Source: Candidatus Fermentibacterota bacterium
GTDB taxonomy: Bacteria; Fermentibacterota; Fermentibacteria; Fermentibacterales; JCC-6
NCBI GenBank assembly: GCA_963845085.1
Contig: CAWJQI010000005.1
Location: 701,832-765,831, forward strand
Direction of reading: 5' to 3'
Length of the DNA stretch: 64,000 nt
The notes below the pieces were generated by a model. The model saw only the letters and a list, made by a program, of their open reading frames with translations, was not told the DNA's origin and did no database searches. Below, piece by piece: positions 57,804 to 64,000 of the stretch. Position 1 is the stretch's first letter; the number at the start of each line of letters is the position of its first letter. Made by a program: the position numbers and the translations under genes.

Positions 57804-60650
57804 CAGAACTCCGCTCCCAACGTGATGTAGTGTTCCGGCTTGGCGCTGACCCCGTTCAGATCCGTCCTCCAGGCGCAATCCCACAGGAATACGAAGATGT
57901 TGAGGTTGAAGCGCATTCCGAAACCGAACCCCATCTTCAGGTCGTTCAGCCTGAAGTCGCCGTTGGTTCTCGCGCCTCGGAAGGACCCAATGTCGTCGAG
58001 CGCTGTTCCGATGTCGGTGAAGATCACTCCCCTTCCCCCGGTCAGGGTCATCGGAATGGGAGCGGCCAGGCTGAGCTGGTTCACGAAGGGGAAACGCAGT
58101 TCGAGGGAGCCCAGAGCGTACTTTGTGCCGTTGTACTCAACGTAGTCATACCCGCGAAGCAGGTCAGAATAACTTGTGTAGAAGCCGAAAAGGTCTTCGA
58201 CGCCCTCGACGTCACCAGTGCTCCTCCGATGCGGCATGGCGCCGCCAAGGAAGAACCTCTGGGGGTTTTCTCCGAAGCTCCCCCCTACGGCAAGCCTTGA
58301 TGCGAGCGAAACCTGTCCGGACACCCAGGTGTAGTTCCGGAGGTCAGCCTGAAGCGTTGTGTAGCTCGCGTTATTGCCGAGACCGGGCGCCCAGTCTGCC
58401 GAAACCGCGATCCTGTTCCCAACACGGGGACCGGTCCCGCCCCAGAGGGCATTGTCAAGCACGAACCTGCCCCCAACGGCAAAGATGTTTTCACGCAGGT
58501 TGATTTCCGTGGCCCACAATCCCTCGCGGTCGAGTCTGCGGTAACCCGCACCCAGCGAGACGCGCATGGAGCGGGTGAAGGGATACCTGAGCTCGAGCCC
58601 CGTCCCGATCTCAGTGTCCCTCACGTAATCCCTCTCCTCGGTGTCGGGATCGGTGAACCTGTAGCGCGTGGCCTGCCTGTACAGCGACACACCGAACTGC
58701 ACCCTGTTCTCCATGTTGGAATAGAAGCAGCCCGCGTCTACATCGCTGACCTCGCCATTGAGATCGGCAAGCATTGCAAGTTGATGCCTTGCAAGTATGT
58801 CACTGAAGATGAACTGGGAGCTTCCGGCAAGGCCGGCGTAGCTGTCAAAACCCGCCGAGGCGCTCACGTAGTCGAGGCTGAGACCCGGATCGTAAGGCGA
58901 AATGCGCCAGGTCGGCTGGACAAACACCGGCTCATCGCCCGCGATGGAATCAACCTTCGCCGAGTCTTCAGGGGCCGTCTCGGGAACGAAGCCCTCCCTG
59001 CCCGAGAGGTCCCTTGTCAGGAACAGGCCGCCTCCGCTCCAGTCGGTGGAGTAGAAAAGCGACAGCTCTGTCTCAGTGGCCCTCGAAAGTGAGGACGGTG
59101 TTCGGTACAGGTCGCTGAGCCTTGTGACTTCACCCGTCCCGGCCGACAGCAGGTGGAAGTTCGCACCGCTGCCCGCGTTCATGATGAACACGATGCCCTC
59201 GGGGTAGGAAACGGGGTTCCTCATCGCGTATGGCGACTCGTAGAGTGTTTCAATAACACCTTCCCGGCTCGCGGTGTTGAGCGTGTAAACCCTTCCGTTC
59301 TCCCTCTCGCCCACGAACAGGATGCCATCATCACCCCACCACAGGTCCCGGGGGCTCATTCCCCCGTGGGTCAGCTTCTCAATCGAGCCGGAGGCGATGT
59401 TCCAGACGAACAGGTCGAGAACCCCTTCATCAAGGGCACTGAACGCGACTTCCCCCCCCAGGGGCGACCAGGCCGGGTCGCGCAGGAGCTCGAACTCCCG
59501 GGGGAGAAGGCTGTTCCCGCCGGTAAGGCCGCGGACGAGCATTCGGTCCGCGTACTGCCCCTGGAACGCAACCGCCACGGAATCGGATCCGGGAGAGAAA
59601 GCGCTGGTCCGGAACATGGGAGACGGGCTGTTCTCGAAAACACCGGCGCCGCTCACGGGCCGGATGACCTCGCCGCCGTCGTCGGTTCTCCTTACCACGG
59701 CCGAGAACCTTCCCCGGTGCATCTCCACCCCTGCGGTCATCGAACCGTCGGGGGAAATGACGGGTTCTGCGAGCACAACCCTCTTTCTATTGTCGCCCTC
59801 TGCCCGGACGATCGGGGTGCCGATGTCGGACGGGCTCTGTCCGGAGGCAACAGGGCTCCAGTATGTCTCCCTGGCCCATTCGATGAATCTCTCGCTGAAC
59901 TGGTCTACCGACATGTCGAAGGCCGCCCTCATCGCTGAAGGAAGGCCGTCGCTGTCACGGAGATGCCTTACGAAGGTGATGTAGCGGTCAGGGCCGTACC
60001 GCTCGACCATGAAATGGTAGACTGCCTGCCCCTGCCTGTACACCAGGTAGTCGCTCCTCACGGAGAGCTGCTGGATGGGAACGATCTGGTTGGCTATCAC
60101 CATGTCGCGGAATTCGCTCTCGCTGTCTATGTCCCACCCCTGCGATGTGTACTCGGCAAGCCCCTCGAGCGCCCAGAGCGGCGCCTTGGAGCGGACGATG
60201 CCGTAAAGGCTGCGATCGTAGAGCATGTCATACACGAATGCATGGTTGATCTCGTGCTCAAGCACATGCCTGTACTCGCTGTATACGCCGCCGTAGGGGA
60301 CAACGACCCTGCCCTTGAAGAACTCGGTGAAACCGCCGACCCCCTCGCCGATCTCGCCGCTGATGATGCTGGTCTGGCGGAACCTTCCAGGAGACCTGTA
60401 CACAATGACCGGGAATGGGGCTTGAAGGCAGGTACTCGAACGTCGTGGAGAGTTGCTGCATGGCCCTTTCGGCTATGACAACCGTGCTTTCGGCAACAAG
60501 CTCGGTTCCCTCTTCATAGTAGACGGTGAACCTGCTGGAATGAAGCTCCCACCAAGGTTCATCATCGGTGAAGACGCGGTTTCTCCCGTAGCCCGTGGCA
60601 AGGACCGTTGACGCCAGCAGCAGCAGCGGAAGAAAGTTCTTCAAAAACAT
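57803..60650 (-). CDS. Peptidase MA-like + TolB/PD40 propeller + BamA/TamA barrel fusion; frameshift near 60410
   Basis: YGRNRV...W, GGFTE, HEINH...W..EGLAEY; P.WSP.G repeats; LRGY, ELRFP, G.G.R; C-terminal GAEF; N-terminus lies in ORF 60258-60686. Confidence 0.82.
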
Positions 60651-60702
60651 AAGGGCCCCCTTTATTGTGAATGCCGCAACAAACAACTATAGTGGGACCG
60701 GA

Positions 60703-61047
60703 ATGAAAGCCGCAACAATCACCGTCCAGGCGTTGATCGCCATGATTCTATCCGCTTCCGGATGCGGGGGTTCCCCGCGTCCCGACCGGTCGCTTTCCCG
60801 GGAGGAGTCACGTTTTCTCCGTGATACCGGCGGCATTATCGCACGGAACATCGCCTATCCCGAGGGCCATGAGCAATGGCGCGAGGCGCCGTCGGATTCC
60901 GTGGGGGACCTGGTCATCGCTCTGGCCAGGCGTGTACCGGCAACCTGGACCATCCTCTACCGCGCTGCCTCCGACACCCTGACAACTCTCGAATCGCCCT
61001 ATCAGGGCGAAGGCTTTGGGGATTCACTTGGGCAGGGTTTACGCTAG
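60703..61047 (+). CDS. Hypothetical lipoprotein
   Basis: MKAATITVQALIAMILSASGC lipobox-like N-terminus. Confidence 0.5.
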   Translation: MKAATITVQALIAMILSASGCGGSPRPDRSLSREESRFLRDTGGIIARNIAYPEGHEQWREAPSDSVGDLVIALARRVPATWTILYRAASDTLTTLESPYQGEGFGDSLGQGLR

Positions 61048-61144
61048 AAAAACAGTGTCGGCAAATGAGATTCAAGTTCAACTTCAGGATTTTTATCGAG
61101 AAACGCTCGTTTCAAAGAGAATAACCCAGTAAGGTGTTCCCCAA

Positions 61145-62170
61145 CTACCGCAGGCCGCATTCGCTGAAAATGTAGTCCAGAACTGGGTCCCTGTCTTCGG
61201 CGAAATCCTCCGGAGTCGTCGGGACGTTCACATCGGGCTCGATGCCGTTCCACTCAGTCGGGATCATTTCGCTGGTGTACAGAATCCAGCGCGGAACCCA
61301 AACCTCCCACCCGTTCGGTAATATCATGGGCTGGGGATTGCCAGTTGTTCCGTATGATCGTTCTCCCACGGTTACTACGTTTGGCAGCACTCCCATGTAG
61401 TTTAGAAACATCTCGGCCGCACTGGCACTCCTGCGCCCCTGAAGAACATACACGTCGCCGGTGAACTGCCAGGAGCCCCGGGGTGTGGTGTAAACGGGAT
61501 ACAGTTCCGTGTAATCGTCATGGTCAGGTCCGTTCCTGAATTGGATGTACATCGCAAGCCGATCCTCATCACAGAATCTTCCTGCAACATGATCGGCGTT
61601 CAAGCTGTTTCCGCCGCCATTCATTCGTTCGTCGATGACAACGACTGCTGATCCGGTGAACAGCGAGTCGAACACCTGGTGAAACACAACCGGGTCGAAC
61701 TCACCCCCGCCCCATGATGAAATCAGCAGGTAGGACATCTCTGGAAGAACACAGTATCCGAATTGACCCGGGTCGTTCCAGATGATGCCGCCGTAGGGCT
61801 CGAAGTAATCGTAAATTACTTCCATATCGTAGTTTGGTTCATAATCACGCGACCACGGACGGTACGATCTGCCGTCAACGATTAATCTTACATGGGCATC
61901 CTGGAGTTCAGCCAAAAGATCCATGAGAACTCCGATGAACTCCATGTCGTTCCCGGCTGAAGCGGCGGCGGGCAGATACATGGAGTAACACTCCTGCCAG
62001 TCGATCTGCTTGTGGGGGAAATCACAGTAAAGCGAGTCGAAGTACTCCCAGCAAGTGATGTAATCGTCCACATACTCTCCCCCGGCAATGGGAGACAGGG
62101 GAGGTTCTGTACATCCGGCCAGACAGATGAGCAACTGAAGCGAAGCGATCAGATAGGCTTTCCGGTTCAT
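61145..62170 (-). CDS. S41 family peptidase lipoprotein
   Basis: LAGC lipobox; L.DAH, ID.R.NGGG, SASAAE, VGERS.G, GIEPD. Confidence 0.9.
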   Translation of the reverse strand: MNRKAYLIASLQLLICLAGCTEPPLSPIAGGEYVDDYITCWEYFDSLYCDFPHKQIDWQECYSMYLPAAASAGNDMEFIGVLMDLLAELQDAHVRLIVDGRSYRPWSRDYEPNYDMEVIYDYFEPYGGIIWNDPGQFGYCVLPEMSYLLISSWGGGEFDPVVFHQVFDSLFTGSAVVVIDERMNGGGNSLNADHVAGRFCDEDRLAMYIQFRNGPDHDDYTELYPVYTTPRGSWQFTGDVYVLQGRRSASAAEMFLNYMGVLPNVVTVGERSYGTTGNPQPMILPNGWEVWVPRWILYTSEMIPTEWNGIEPDVNVPTTPEDFAEDRDPVLDYIFSECGLR

Positions 62171-62359
62171 GTTTACATCCCCTGCGTCAGGATCGGAACC
62201 GTCTTCCAGTTACGTTGTCTGGAAAGGAGTGCCCACTGCCCAACCGTTGCGAGAGCTTCAATAGAGGAAATAACGCAATCTGTAGATTCAGAATGCTTAC
62301 AAACCGGCATGAGTTTCGCCTGACCTGTAGAGCTGCTCTCTTCAGCCGGCAACCAACCA

Positions 62360-63382
62360 TCAAAGGCCGCACTCGCTGAATACGTAGTCCAGAACTGGGT
62401 CCCTGTCTTCGGCGAAATCCTCCGGAGTCGTCGGGACGTTCACATCGGGCTCGATGCCGTTCCACTCAACCGGGATCACTTCGCTGGTGTACTGAATCCA
62501 GCGTGGAACCCAAACCTCCCATCCGTTAGGCAATAGCATCGGCTGGGGATTGGCAGTGGCACCGTATGACCGCTCTCCCACGGTTACTACGTTTGGCAGC
62601 ACTCCCATGTAGTTAAGGAACATCTCGGCCGAGCTGGCGCTGGATCGCCCCTGAAGCACGTATGTGTCCCCTGTGAACTGCCAGGAGCCCCGGGGCGTTG
62701 TGTAATAAGGGTATAACTCTGTGAAATCGTCATGATCAGGTCCGTTCCTGTATTGAATATACAGCGCAAGACGGTTCTCACTGGTAAACCTTCCCGCTAC
62801 ATGGTCTGCGTTAGTGCTGTTCCCGCCGCCATTCATGCGTTCATCGATGACAATGACCGATGATTGGGTGAACAGCGAATCGAAGACCTGGTGAAATACG
62901 ACCGGATCGAAAACACCCCCACCCCATGATGGAATCAGCAGGTAGGACATCTCTGGAAGAACACAGTATCCGAACTGACCCTCGTCGTTCCAGGTGATAC
63001 CGCCGTAGGGCTCGAAGTAATCGTAAATTACGTTCATATCGTAGTTTGCTTCAAACTCACGCGACCACGGATAGTATGATTTACCATCTACAATGAATCT
63101 TACATGAGCATCCTGTATCTCGGCAAGAAGTTCCATGAGAACCAGGATGAATTCGCTGTCGTTACTGGCCTCCGATGCGGCAGGCAGATACATGGAGTAA
63201 CACTCCTGCCAGTCGATCTGCTTGTTGGGGAAGGAGCAGTAAAGCGAGTCGAAATACTCCCAGCAAGTGATGTAATCGTCCACATAGTCACCCCCGGCAA
63301 TGGGAGACAGGGGTGGCTCAGCGCATCCGGCCACGCATATGAGCAATTGAAGCGAAGCCATCAGACAGGCTTTCCGGTTCAT
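62360..63382 (-). CDS. S41 family peptidase lipoprotein (close paralog of 61145-62170)
   Basis: Same motifs (SASSAE); long near-identical stretches with 61145-62170. Confidence 0.9.
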   Translation of the reverse strand: MNRKACLMASLQLLICVAGCAEPPLSPIAGGDYVDDYITCWEYFDSLYCSFPNKQIDWQECYSMYLPAASEASNDSEFILVLMELLAEIQDAHVRFIVDGKSYYPWSREFEANYDMNVIYDYFEPYGGITWNDEGQFGYCVLPEMSYLLIPSWGGGVFDPVVFHQVFDSLFTQSSVIVIDERMNGGGNSTNADHVAGRFTSENRLALYIQYRNGPDHDDFTELYPYYTTPRGSWQFTGDTYVLQGRSSASSAEMFLNYMGVLPNVVTVGERSYGATANPQPMLLPNGWEVWVPRWIQYTSEVIPVEWNGIEPDVNVPTTPEDFAEDRDPVLDYVFSECGL

Positions 63383-63384
63383 GT

Positions 63385-64000
63385 CTACATCCCCTGCATC
63401 AGGGAGAATACATAGTCCAGTACGGGATCGATCCCCCCGCTCAGGTCTTCACTGGATGTCAACACCTCGATGTCAGGGCTGATCCCCTGCCCCGGGATCG
63501 GAACCATATCCGCTGTATACATGATTTGGGAAGGAATGCCGGCCACCCAACCGTTGGACAGGGGCACAAAGGCTGCTTCTCCCGCCAATCCACGTGTTCT
63601 CTCCCCTATCACTGTTACGTTGGGCAGAGCTTCCATCGCGCAGATGAAGTACTCGGTCGATGCCGCACATTTGCCGCCCGTCAGAAGGTACACCTGGCCT
63701 GTGAAGTGGCCATTGCCTGTTGGGGCCACACTTAAGGGCTGGAGAGGGGTCAGGTTGTCGTGCGACGGTCCGTTCCTGGAACTGGTGTACCAACCCGTCC
63801 ACGGCGCAGACGAGAACCTGCCGGCGACCTCGAGGCATAGAAGCCCTTCTCCCTGGCCGTCGTTCATTCGCACATCTATTATGAGTTTGTCCTCATTCAG
63901 AAAAAGTGAATCGAACACTGCATGAAACCGCTCCGGAGAGAACAACTCCTCGCTCCAGTACTGGAACTGCAGGTATGCCATACCGCCCGAAGGGTCGGAG
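63385..64000 (-). CDS. S41 family peptidase (5'-truncated by the window edge)
   Basis: IIDVRMNDG, CAASTE, IGERTRG, GISPD. Confidence 0.82.
   Translation of the reverse strand, partial: SDPSGGMAYLQFQYWSEELFSPERFHAVFDSLFLNEDKLIIDVRMNDGQGEGLLCLEVAGRFSSAPWTGWYTSSRNGPSHDNLTPLQPLSVAPTGNGHFTGQVYLLTGGKCAASTEYFICAMEALPNVTVIGERTRGLAGEAAFVPLSNGWVAGIPSQIMYTADMVPIPGQGISPDIEVLTSSEDLSGGIDPVLDYVFSLMQGM

Overview
Bacterial chromosome window from a GC-rich, probably anaerobic diderm. Secreted proteins with T9SS-type C-terminal domains, BamA, LpoB, rubredoxin and a TM1266-like regulator suggest an FCB-group lineage such as Ca. Fermentibacteria; this is inference only. The left ~10 kb is accessory: secreted beta-propeller proteins, two MNT-HEPN toxin-antitoxin pairs and two short intergenic repeat families. 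The middle is mostly housekeeping (YhaO/YhaN, Pat-type acetyltransferase, Moco operon, M16 peptidase, YgiQ, selD, arfB, tRNA-Phe, transketolase, UvrD, DeoC, LpoB, YhhQ, BamA fusion). The right end holds three tandem S41 peptidases. The best finding is missed by the ORF track: two tandem paralogous secreted proteins (8888-9520 and 9532-10158, minus strand) each have a signal peptide, an in-frame TGA at the homologous position of a CxxU motif, and a covarying 8-bp hairpin exactly 11 nt after the TGA. They are a candidate new family of exported selenoproteins. A Sec-containing SelD (CAGU) with an unusual N-terminal Cys-rich domain in the same window supports this. Other highlights are an uncharacterised membrane operon (DUF6754-like protein, three membrane proteins and a GlmL-type ASKHA ATPase fusion), and two tandem sigma54-like promoters in front of small intergenic transcripts. 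About six genes show single frameshifts, probably assembly indels. All family assignments are from motif recognition; no searches were run.
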